Both the position numbers and the translations under genes were made by a program. The notes below the pieces were generated by a model. It worked only from the letters and a program-made list of their open reading frames with translations, was not told the DNA's origin and ran no database searches. Source: a virus. From it: a stretch of 64,000 nt of DNA. Below, piece by piece: positions 36,571 to 44,440 of this stretch (within the stretch, counting starts at the first letter, position 1; each line of letters starts with the position of its first letter). The stretch is from the IMG/VR virus record IMGVR_UViG_3300027868_000008. One strand, 5' to 3'.

Positions 36571-37325
36571 CCTTCCGGCTGTGGCGTTGCTCCTTCGCAA
36601 ATGAAGTCGAAGATCGGCTTGCCGACCTTGTACGACGTAACTTCCATTTCGTTGGCCTTCTGTCGGGCGAACTTGACTGCGTCGTGCAGCTTCGTCACCC
36701 GCTCGACCATTTCACTGCGCTTCTGCGCCTGCATTGCGCCGGACAGGTGGACGGTGTGCCACCAACCGACGATCTCGTCCTCGTGGAACTCGTTGACCTG
36801 GGCCGGATGATGCTCCGTAGCCTCGGACAATACGTGCGCCTTCGGGACGCGCTTGGTTTTGCTTGTCTCCTCCGTCTTCGACTTGAAGCAGCCGTGCTCG
36901 GTGCTCCATACCCACTCCTTCTCCGGCGGCAGAAGCGGTAGCTTCGAGATGAACGTCCGGATGTCTTCCAACTGCTTGTCCAGGAAGAGCAGATTGGTAA
37001 CCGGAACGTCGCGCAGGATGACCTTGCCGTTGACGACAACATGGGCCGTCGCAGTGCAGTTGTTATAGTCTTGTGTGGCGACCGTGTCAAACAGGTCTGT
37101 CATGGCATCCGCCACCTGCTTGACCGCATGTGCGACCTGCATCTGCACGCCACGGGACTCCGGCGGAAGATCTACGCCCTCGTCATCGATGGGCCTGTAC
37201 TCGCGGGTGATGCCTGAGAACAGGGTGTCCTTCTGGATCCTGTGGTACACCTCGGTGATCTTCGCCTGGGTGCGTTTCTTCTTGCCGTTCGTTACGGCGA
37301 CAATCTGACTCAACTTTGTGGGCAT
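36567..37325 (-). CDS. hypothetical protein
   Basis: Start at MPTKLSQIV; 252 aa. Confidence 0.5.
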   Translation of the reverse strand: MPTKLSQIVAVTNGKKKRTQAKITEVYHRIQKDTLFSGITREYRPIDDEGVDLPPESRGVQMQVAHAVKQVADAMTDLFDTVATQDYNNCTATAHVVVNGKVILRDVPVTNLLFLDKQLEDIRTFISKLPLLPPEKEWVWSTEHGCFKSKTEETSKTKRVPKAHVLSEATEHHPAQVNEFHEDEIVGWWHTVHLSGAMQAQKRSEMVERVTKLHDAVKFARQKANEMEVTSYKVGKPIFDFICEGATPQPEG

Positions 37326-37335
37326 TGTGGCCCTC

Positions 37336-37605
37336 CTACTGCTGCTGCTCAACTTCTGGGTTGGCCGACTCTTGGCCTACTGTAACCTCGGTGGTGTTTC
37401 CCCGAGTGTCGCTGCGTACTCGCAGGTTGTCAATGGCTTCGGCTGCCGCGTAGTAGTGCCCCATAGCGAAGCCAGCCATCGCGCTGGCGTAGCTATTGAT
37501 ACGGCGCATACCGCCCGACCAGGTCTCAAAGTCATCAAGTTGGTAGTCTTCTGCTGGCGGTTCTCGCCAAAGACGTGACAGGGTCCAGCGGATAACCGCG
37601 TACAC
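37336..37605 (-). CDS. hypothetical protein
   Basis: 89 aa ORF. Confidence 0.35.
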   Translation of the reverse strand: MYAVIRWTLSRLWREPPAEDYQLDDFETWSGGMRRINSYASAMAGFAMGHYYAAAEAIDNLRVRSDTRGNTTEVTVGQESANPEVEQQQ

Positions 37606-37716
37606 CCGCCATAGCCACCATTTCGGTTGGTACCGCAGTTGCCGCCATGCCTTGATGTACCATGGCTGGAACTGGTGCCACAGTCAAACACCCACATTTG
37701 CTGGGCGAAACGTAAA

Positions 37717-37789
37717 CAGCCCGCTCAGGACTTGAACCTGAAACACCATGCTCCAGAGGCATGCGCTCTGCCGATTGAGCTAGCGGGCG
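37717..37789 (-). tRNA. tRNA-Gln (anticodon CTG)
   Basis: D-arm GCTCAATCGGCAGAGC, anticodon stem CATGC/GCATG loop CTCTGGA, T-arm TCAGGTTCAAGTCCTGA. Confidence 0.6.
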
Positions 37790-37994
37790 ATGCTATAACG
37801 CCGTCCGAAGTCGGAATTGGCTTCGGGGCCTTGTATGCCCCTACGCCAATCACCCCTCGGCCATCCGGTTGCGACCCCTCCGCGCTCGCCATAAGCCGAC
37901 GTTACAGGAGGACAATTCTAACCATAGCATGTTTTAAGTGGTTACTGGTTGTCCCTGGCTCCCCGGCACTGTGTGCCGGCGGTGTGTGTGTATG

Positions 37995-38069
37995 TGACCC
38001 GTGGGGGATTTGAACCCCGCGTTGCCGGCGTGAAAGGCCGGTGTCCTAGACCGACTAGACGAACGGGCC
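37995..38069 (-). tRNA. tRNA-Glu (anticodon TTC)
   Basis: Acceptor GGCCCGT/ACGGGTC, anticodon stem CCGGC/GCCGG loop CTTTCAC, T-loop TTCAAAT. Confidence 0.65.
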
Positions 38070-38072
38070 AGG

Positions 38073-38143
38073 CAAGACGGCAAGGAGTCGAACCTCATCT
38101 TTGCAGTTTGGAACCGCAAGCCGCTCCCAGGCGGACCGCCTTT
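38073..38143 (-). tRNA. tRNA-Trp (anticodon CCA)
   Basis: Acceptor AAGGCGG/CCGTCTT, D-stem CCGC/GCGG, loop TTCCAAA, T-loop TTCGACT. Confidence 0.55.
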
Positions 38144-38234
38144 TCTTTACATCAAGGTCTTGAAATGATTGAACAGCACCAGCCGCGGCGCCGGTGGCAG
38201 GGCCACGGATACGGCTTTCGGCCTACGATTACGG

Positions 38235-38420
38235 TCATGATCTACTGCAGGCCCCGCATATGGAGCAGAGCAGCGGCCAGTTGCTTTCTTTGCCCTGCGG
38301 CCAGTCACGGAACATCCAGCGGTGTTGGCAATGGTCCTGCGTACGACGCGACAACACCACAACGCCCACGATCCCGCACGCACCGCGGTAGAATCGATGC
38401 ACTACTTTTCTCATCACTGT
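38235..38420 (-). CDS. small Cys-rich hypothetical protein
   Basis: 60 aa; GAAAGGAG RBS; immediately downstream of tRNA-Asp on minus strand. Confidence 0.4.
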   Translation of the reverse strand, partial: TVMRKVVHRFYRGACGIVGVVVLSRRTQDHCQHRWMFRDWPQGKESNWPLLCSICGACSRS

Positions 38421-38430
38421 ACTCCTTTCA

Positions 38431-38500
38431 GCGCCCCCAGGAGAATTGAACTCCTGCCTCCGCGTCGACAGCGCGGCGCCCTACCATTAGGCTAGGGGGC
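38431..38500 (-). tRNA. tRNA-Asp (anticodon GTC)
   Basis: D-stem GCCT/GGGC, anticodon stem CCGCG/CGCGG loop CTGTCGA, T-arm AGGAGTTCAATTCTCCT. Confidence 0.55.
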
Positions 38501-38501
38501 C

Positions 38502-38529
38502 GACTCGAACACGCCTTGACGTTCGAGTC
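38502..38529. terminator. hairpin GACTCGAAC-N10-GTTCGAGTC between small basic-protein gene and tRNA-Asp
   Basis: 9-bp perfect inverted repeat. Confidence 0.35.
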
Positions 38530-38542
38530 TGTCCGTACGTTC

Positions 38543-38761
38543 CTAGCGCCGCTTCTCTTTCTGCTTGGCCTTGGCGTCCTTCTTCGCGTCCTTCGCGGAC
38601 ACCTTTGGCTTCTTGGGAGCGGCCTTGATGACGTCTTTGCCGCAGGAGGTACATCGTTCCCCGCCTACGGTCCCCACGCGTGTTCTGTTCACCACACGCA
38701 TGCCAGGACCGTATCTGTCATCCTGCCACGCATTACGGCAAACGCATTTCGTAATCGGCAT
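38543..38761 (-). CDS. small zinc-ribbon protein with lysine-rich basic tail
   Basis: 72 aa; C..C...C..C pattern then KKPKVSAKDAKKDAKAKQKEKRR; AAGGAG RBS. Confidence 0.55.
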   Translation of the reverse strand: MPITKCVCRNAWQDDRYGPGMRVVNRTRVGTVGGERCTSCGKDVIKAAPKKPKVSAKDAKKDAKAKQKEKRR

Positions 38762-38931
38762 CCGGGTCTCCTTTGTTGTGATTGTTAAGAGCGGATCGGG
38801 TTTGCACCGATACTTGTGGACGTACGAGAGTAGTCTCGTGGCGCTCCATACCCACGCTGCTGGCTCCTACGGCGCGTTATCATAGGCCTACATATGGCCC
38901 ACACTTGCCGGGCTTGCCACCGCTCTGAGGT

Positions 38932-39004
38932 CGGACGAGAAGGAGTTGAACCTCCGACTTCATCCTTATCAGGGATGCGCTCTACCAACTGAGCTATCGT
39001 CCGC
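38932..39004 (-). tRNA. tRNA-Ile (anticodon GAT)
   Basis: Acceptor CGGACGA/TCGTCCG, D-arm GCTCAGTTGGTAGAGC, loop CTGATAA, T-loop TTCAACT. Confidence 0.7.
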
Positions 39005-39138
39005 AGGCAGCAAGCAGCCGGCTCGACCAGCTGCTTGCCGCCATCAAAGATGTCAAAACACGAAGTTGCCTCAAAAAGTTGGCAGGCGGCCCGAGCACAT
39101 CGAGCCGCCTGCCGGGTCCTCCAACCCTAGGAGAAATT

Positions 39139-40032
39139 CTAGCGGCCGCGCCCGCCTGCAGCTGCGCGTGCCTGTGTTTCAACAGCGGCCTGGAGCGTAG
39201 ACAGTGCCTGACGGTTCGAGGAAGCCTCGACTGCCGCCGTAGCGACGTCCTTTGCGTCCTTCTGTGCTGTTGCCAGCTGATCCGCGAGCATTTCGATACG
39301 TGTCTGGAGCGATTGGACGTCGCCCGTCAGGTTCGTAATCGTTGCGGCTGCCAGCTGTGCTGCGGACTCGGCGTCCTTCTTCAGCAGCGCGCGCTCATGG
39401 CCAAATCCAGCCGTAAGCGTCTTGGTGGCCGCGTCCGTGGCCTCTTTTGCGGCTGTGGCGACCAGGTCCTCGATGCCGTCGACCTTGGTTTGCAGCTCTT
39501 CGGCTTTCTCTTCGCGCTCGGCGACGACGGCAACACGCGCGGCCAGATCCCTGTTGACGTCTTCCGTCCTGACTGCCTCTGCGCGTTGTGCCGTCGTGCG
39601 CGCGTCGTCAGCTTCTGCTGCAATGCGTTCTAGCCTACGGCCCTGCGCATATGTATGCTCTTCGCCGCGACGCTGCCACTCCTGGTCCTGCTCGGACCGG
39701 CGCAACGCAAACGCCTTGTCGGTGGCGGCCGCTGTCTCCGCAGCGCGCTCCTCCTCCTCTTCGATCTGCTGCTTGATGTTGGCAAGCGTGTCAGCATCCA
39801 TCTCGATCGAGTGGATCTCTTTTAGCTCATCCTTGCGGGCGGAGATCGCTGTCTCCAGCTGGGTGAGCTCTTCGATCTTGGTGGCCATGGACACGCCAAC
39901 GCCGGCTAGCGTGCCCTGCACGCTTACCTGTAGGTCGTTGAGCTGATCGAGTGTCTTCTTAACGTCGGCTTCCGACGTAGCAGCGAGCGCCGCTGCTGTT
40001 TCCACTGTTGTGCGCTTTTTGGCTCGTGCCAT
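39139..40032 (-). CDS. long coiled-coil protein (Ala/Glu/Gln-rich)
   Basis: 297 aa; AAGGAG RBS. Confidence 0.5.
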   Translation of the reverse strand: MARAKKRTTVETAAALAATSEADVKKTLDQLNDLQVSVQGTLAGVGVSMATKIEELTQLETAISARKDELKEIHSIEMDADTLANIKQQIEEEEERAAETAAATDKAFALRRSEQDQEWQRRGEEHTYAQGRRLERIAAEADDARTTAQRAEAVRTEDVNRDLAARVAVVAEREEKAEELQTKVDGIEDLVATAAKEATDAATKTLTAGFGHERALLKKDAESAAQLAAATITNLTGDVQSLQTRIEMLADQLATAQKDAKDVATAAVEASSNRQALSTLQAAVETQARAAAGGRGR

Positions 40033-40095
40033 CTCTGGAATCTACTCCTTTGGTGCACAATGAAAAACGGGCGACCAACACGGTCGCCCTGAAAG

Positions 40096-40168
40096 TGGCG
40101 CGGGGCAGACTCGAACTGCCGACTGCGTGGTTATGAGCCACGTGAGCTACCAACTGCTCTACCGCGCT
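40096..40168 (-). tRNA. tRNA-Met (anticodon CAT) with A1:C72 mismatch
   Basis: D-arm GAGCAGTTGGTAGCTC, anticodon stem CGTGG/CCACG loop CTCATAA, T-arm GGCAGTTCGAGTCTGCC. Confidence 0.65.
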
Positions 40169-40178
40169 ACGTTCACTC

Positions 40179-40466
40179 CTATTCTGGATGGTGCATGATA
40201 GTGTGGCAGTTCATGCATAGGATATCACACTTATCGACCTCAGCTTGAAGCATGGCCAGGCTGAAAGACCTGTTGGTCATCTGCTCGACGTTAGCCGTCT
40301 TCTCAGCAGGGACTCTGTGATGATAACACAGCGCCCGCCAGTCGTCAAAGCCACAGAGCTTACAGGCCTTGCCTTGTTTATGCTCACGTATGAACGTGCG
40401 ATTGCGCGCACAACAGCCGAGAGATTGCTGGTTTCTGGGGCAAAATCTACCCCTATCTACATGCAA
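40179..40466 (-). CDS. HNH endonuclease
   Basis: CKLCG...YHHRV...N...CDILCMNCH, canonical CxxC...HH...N...CxxCH. Confidence 0.75.
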   Translation of the reverse strand: MHVDRGRFCPRNQQSLGCCARNRTFIREHKQGKACKLCGFDDWRALCYHHRVPAEKTANVEQMTNRSFSLAMLQAEVDKCDILCMNCHTIMHHPE

Positions 40467-40795
40467 GAGCTATTGACAGCAGAACGGTGGGTCGCAACAC
40501 TTACGGGGTAAAACTGAATATCTGTGTCCCATGCGATCAATTTCTCATCTGCGAGTCGCACAAAGCAGGGGAGGCAGACGACGCGGTTGCGGTACTCGCT
40601 GGGCACAACCGCAGCCCATACGTCATCAGGCACGTCAAACCCAACAGGGTTTGGGTGATAGCAGAGCTTGCAGATTTCTCGTGACAACCCCCCGTAGGGT
40701 TGCCTAACACCTAGTTCCTGATCGAAGGAGGCTGACATGACGTACCGTCGAAAACGTGGAAGCGACACATGGCACTGGTGCAAGAATTGCTCCAA
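40457..40795 (-). CDS. putative zinc-binding hypothetical protein
   Basis: CKLCYH...CLPC; 10-nt overlap with HNH gene; start uncertain. Confidence 0.4.
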   Translation of the reverse strand: MEQFLHQCHVSLPRFRRYVMSASFDQELGVRQPYGGLSREICKLCYHPNPVGFDVPDDVWAAVVPSEYRNRVVCLPCFVRLADEKLIAWDTDIQFYPVSVATHRSAVNSSCM

Positions 40796-40923
40796 CTGGC
40801 CGACATCCGATTACGAAGGGAGTGCACGTGTACTTGCGAGGTACGTCTCTTTGTTTGCCTGGTAGTGCTTAGCGGCGTAGGCTTTCGGATCGCTGGCTGG
40901 CATGCGATACCTTGGTTAGAGTC

Positions 40924-40952
40924 ACATGCAGTGACTCTAACCTACCAGCAAC
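40924..40952. repeat. perfect palindrome GGTTAGAGTCAC-atgca-GTGACTCTAACC
   Basis: 12-bp arms, 5-nt loop, intergenic downstream of neuB-like stop. Confidence 0.45.
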
Positions 40953-40969
40953 GAACTTGCAACCCCACA

Positions 40970-41887
40970 TCATGTGCGCCGTAAGCGCGGGTCGAACGTG
41001 CTAGAAGTACCAAGATACTGTGTTCCGTACGCCTGGTCAACTAGAAACGGCTTTTCTGCGTCCGACATCCCGAAATCTGCTTCGGGAACATCCTTCGCCT
41101 CCAGCTCAACTATTGCCAGATCGTCACTGTGGACCGCGTCTGCCAGCGCCCTGAACTCCGCGGGCTCCAGGCTGCAATCGATGTGATGGACGAATGAGTG
41201 GCGGGACAGGCAGAAATGCCGCTCGACCATCTCAGCGCCCAGCTGTGCAGCCATGATTGATGACTTGATGCCCATCTCGTGCCCTGAGTAGCCAATACGG
41301 ATCCTATCTGACCCGAATAACCGCTTCAGCGTAGGGATGTTCTCCAGCCGAAGATAGAGGTCCGGGCACGGGTACACAGCGACACAGTGCAGGATCCAGA
41401 GCTTCTTGTGCTCCTCGAATATCGCGATCACCTGCTCGATCTCAGGCAGCGTGCAGCCAGCAACTGACAGCACGACCTCCCATGATACCGGCGTCTCTGC
41501 CGCAATCTGTCGCAGGACTTCTGGCTTATGCGCGTTCGTGGATGAGACCTTGATGCGCCGCCGTACTGAGTTTCCACGCAGGAATGCCATACTATCTGCA
41601 GTCTGCGCGGTAGCATACCACGGGATGTCCGCATAGCGGCACTCTGCGCTGAAGCGGTGCCAGTCACCATCATCGAGCTCGAACATGGTCCGATAGTCCC
41701 GATAGGTCTTCCCGAACGGGCTGGAATAGGGACTGTTCAGCTTTTCGGGGGTGTAGAACGACTTCACGTGCTTCTTCTGCATCTTGATGGTATCAGCGCC
41801 GGCCTGCTTGGCCGCTTTGACCATGCGGAGCAACAGCCCCATATGGCCCATGTGGTTTGTCGTAAACTCGGCTACGAGCTCAACCAT
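40970..41887 (-). CDS. neuB: N-acetylneuraminate (nonulosonic acid) synthase, NeuB/PseI/LegI family
   Basis: N-terminal VAEFTTNHMGHMGLLLRMVKAAKQAGADTIKMQK matches the NeuB TIM-barrel signature; 305 aa. Confidence 0.7.
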   Translation of the reverse strand: MVELVAEFTTNHMGHMGLLLRMVKAAKQAGADTIKMQKKHVKSFYTPEKLNSPYSSPFGKTYRDYRTMFELDDGDWHRFSAECRYADIPWYATAQTADSMAFLRGNSVRRRIKVSSTNAHKPEVLRQIAAETPVSWEVVLSVAGCTLPEIEQVIAIFEEHKKLWILHCVAVYPCPDLYLRLENIPTLKRLFGSDRIRIGYSGHEMGIKSSIMAAQLGAEMVERHFCLSRHSFVHHIDCSLEPAEFRALADAVHSDDLAIVELEAKDVPEADFGMSDAEKPFLVDQAYGTQYLGTSSTFDPRLRRT

Positions 41888-42066
41888 TGTCTGCCTCCCG
41901 TATCGGAACTACGTCACCGGCTGCAAGCAACGCAGCTGTATGTTGCTGTTCCGCCTTACGCTGTTTCTCGAGCTCTTTGATCCGCGCCTCTTTCTGGCGG
42001 ATGACTGCTTTGGCCTCTCGTACAGCTGCTGCCGTCTCCCGTTCCTGCTGGCCAAGATAGTAGGCA

Positions 42067-42723
42067 TTACCACCTCCCGTGTCTTGAGTACAGCGCCTCC
42101 GGCGTGAGCTCTTCCAGGTCTGCTCGGATCTTGTCTTCGATAACGGCCCGCGCTTCTGCGTGGATACAGATCTGTTCTGCCTTTGCATGCGGGATAACCA
42201 GTACGCCATCGTTATCTGCAAAGATGATGTCGTTAGGCTGTGCTCGGACCGTTGGACTGAGCCAAATCGGTTTTTGCCATGCACGAATTTGCCACCGACC
42301 GTACGCATCTACCGGCGTTACGCCCAAGCAATAGACGGGAAACTTGATCTGCCGGATCATGCGCGCATCGCGGGTATGGCCACGAATGACAGCACCAACA
42401 GCGCCAGCCTTACGTGCTAGCCTAGCCGAAATGTCGCCGTAGTGCGCAACGCTCAGGTCGTCACCGCCGTCGATCACCTGTACGCAGCCGGGCGTCATTT
42501 CCTGTAGCATCGTAAGTCGCACACTGTCGTCGAGTAGTTTATCGTCGGCTAGGTGCTGTCCCACACACGTAAACGCAGGGCCAACAAGCGGCCGCGGGGC
42601 GTGTCGCCCTAGCGGTTTGATAGTCGTACCCGGCGTGAAATTTCGTAGGTCCATGTCGAAGTACATCGTGTCATAGACCACGCCAGCATACAGCCGGCGC
42701 AGACGCTCAACTACTGTCTGCAC
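42067..42723 (-). CDS. RraA/MenG-like family protein (RNase E inhibitor RraA or class II oxo-acid aldolase fold)
   Basis: VIDGGDDLSVAHYGDISARLARKAGAVGAVIRGHTRD...FPVYCLGVTP family motifs. Confidence 0.6.
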   Translation of the reverse strand: MQTVVERLRRLYAGVVYDTMYFDMDLRNFTPGTTIKPLGRHAPRPLVGPAFTCVGQHLADDKLLDDSVRLTMLQEMTPGCVQVIDGGDDLSVAHYGDISARLARKAGAVGAVIRGHTRDARMIRQIKFPVYCLGVTPVDAYGRWQIRAWQKPIWLSPTVRAQPNDIIFADNDGVLVIPHAKAEQICIHAEARAVIEDKIRADLEELTPEALYSRHGRW

Positions 42724-43459
42724 GTGGGTCTCCTGGTTTCAGTGGAAACGCTGATAGCATTGGGTCAGCGGCAGCTGTAAACGCACCCTCGACACCGACG
42801 TCAAAGGCATCTGCATAGCGCTGGAGTAGCTCTGGATCGTCTTCTGTACGCAGACGGCGTACGAGATCCGGCATAGCACACCAGCACAGTTGGGTCGTAC
42901 ATGGCTGCCCAAGCCAACTGCCGTCAAGGATCTTGGCGAACAGCAGCTTCTCTTTCAGCATCATGTGCGGAAACCCAGCGTCAACATACGGGGTCCGCGC
43001 ATCGTAGTAGTGTGGTTGCTCGGGTACCGTCGAATCGAAGCCAAACAGTTTGAGTACGTCTGGCTTGAAGACCTTCATAGCCATAGCCACGGCAATGAAG
43101 CCTGTAGACGGACAAAGCTTGAGTCTGAAGGCTAGCCGCTTCCAGTACTCGTGCGTAAGCCACCGTATCGGCTGCATGTCAGCGAGCTTGTTGAACTCTC
43201 GCAGATTCCGCTTGCCGTTTACGGTGTTGTGCATTATCTGCGTCGGGCCGTGCGTGTACCAGTGCTCACAGTAGAGATCAGCAGGCCTGCTGTCCCACCC
43301 ATAAGGGTCACCAAACCAGGCGACCGCGTGGGTACGCTTACCCGCGTCCTCGGCAGCGTGCGCCCAAAAGGCCTTGATACGGACGACCTTGTCCGCATTG
43401 TCGATGCTCTTGCCCTTGCCGGCCGCAGATGGGCCGTTTGCTACAACAGAGACGATCAT
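42707..43459 (-). CDS. GT42/CstII-like nonulosonic acid (sialyl) transferase
   Basis: N-terminal VVANGPS (cf CstII IIAGNGPS); STGFIAVAMAMKVFKPDVLKLFGFD aligns with CstII TSGVYMCAVAIALGYKEIYLSGIDF; downstream His in FPHMM. Confidence 0.55.
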   Translation of the reverse strand: MIVSVVANGPSAAGKGKSIDNADKVVRIKAFWAHAAEDAGKRTHAVAWFGDPYGWDSRPADLYCEHWYTHGPTQIMHNTVNGKRNLREFNKLADMQPIRWLTHEYWKRLAFRLKLCPSTGFIAVAMAMKVFKPDVLKLFGFDSTVPEQPHYYDARTPYVDAGFPHMMLKEKLLFAKILDGSWLGQPCTTQLCWCAMPDLVRRLRTEDDPELLQRYADAFDVGVEGAFTAAADPMLSAFPLKPGDPRADSS

Positions 43460-43467
43460 AGTAGTAC

Positions 43468-44172
43468 CTAGTGCTTGGTTAGTGCATTCTGCCCGCGTGC
43501 GATTAGATCGGCAATGTCGAAGTCTTCTTCTGTGTTGATATCGATAGCCTCGAGGGCGTCGACGAAGATCATAGAGACGTTAGGCATCGGTGTGCGGCAG
43601 CGTGTGCGCATCAACGCCTCGCTGGTGACTACGTACAGCGCGGTGGTGTCCCAAACCGTCTCAGGTACAGTTTGGCTGTTGGGTAGGGGTTTCAAGTTGT
43701 AACACGGCTGGCAGATATCCTGGACGGGGAGGCCCCGACGATGCCAGCGGAGCAGGTGTGCTTTGCATACCAGGAATGCACCGTCATAGTCGTGATAAAC
43801 GACTTCCTTTATCGCCTTGCTGATCGTCTCCGGACGCACAAACGGACTGGTACAGAGGTACTGCACATAGATCCTTGCCGGTATACGTGACATGGTGTCG
43901 AGCAACAGATGGTTGCCGTCCGTGCTGTTTGTGTCCAGCTGCGACGACCGGCGTATGACGTGCGCGCACTCGTCTGTCTCTACGCTTGCGCGGATCTCGG
44001 GGCAGTCCGTATCGAGAAACACCTTGTCGATCTCGGGGACGCTCCGCAACTTGTTAAAGGCCCTGGCGGCCAATGGCGGACCCTGTCCGCCGAGTACACG
44101 CATGTTCTTTCCAGGCACGCGTGTACTGGTGCCCTTTGCCGGCACGACGCCGACGACCTTAAACTTCTTCAT
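43468..44172 (-). CDS. neuA: acylneuraminate cytidylyltransferase (CMP-nonulosonic acid synthetase), NeuA family
   Basis: Start at MKKFKVVGVVPAKGTSTRVPGKNM, matching CMP-NeuAc synthetase P-loop (VIPARGGSKRIPRKNI). Confidence 0.65.
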   Translation of the reverse strand: MKKFKVVGVVPAKGTSTRVPGKNMRVLGGQGPPLAARAFNKLRSVPEIDKVFLDTDCPEIRASVETDECAHVIRRSSQLDTNSTDGNHLLLDTMSRIPARIYVQYLCTSPFVRPETISKAIKEVVYHDYDGAFLVCKAHLLRWHRRGLPVQDICQPCYNLKPLPNSQTVPETVWDTTALYVVTSEALMRTRCRTPMPNVSMIFVDALEAIDINTEEDFDIADLIARGQNALTKH

Positions 44173-44440
44173 CTGGCTCCTTCTCCGCGGCGTCGGGGAC
44201 ACTTTGTAGGTGGTTGCGTGTTGCCGACAGGATCTGGCGGACATGTGATACCTGTTCAACGGTGACGCGATTGGCTGTCTCAAGCTTAGCGATATGCACC
44301 AGCTCTGCGACATCGCTACGTGCGGCGCAGATGAAACTAGCGATATCGCGGTCTACCGGAAAGCGTGGCAGTACCTTTTCCAGCGCATACAGCCGTTTAT
44401 GCGCCGCCCTACACAGCTTCAGCATATTACGCGCATTCAT
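44159..44440 (-). CDS. hypothetical protein
   Basis: Start at MNARNMLKL. Confidence 0.35.
   Translation of the reverse strand: MNARNMLKLCRAAHKRLYALEKVLPRFPVDRDIASFICAARSDVAELVHIAKLETANRVTVEQVSHVRQILSATRNHLQSVPDAAEKEPDEEV

Noticed and set aside
39959-40153. 64-aa minus ORF
   Set aside because: Overlaps tRNA-Met.
40096-40168. Possibility that tRNA-Met(CAT) is an initiator tRNA
   Set aside because: It has a 1:72 mismatch, but the anticodon stem lacks the three consecutive G-C pairs of initiators. Left as generic Met/CAT.
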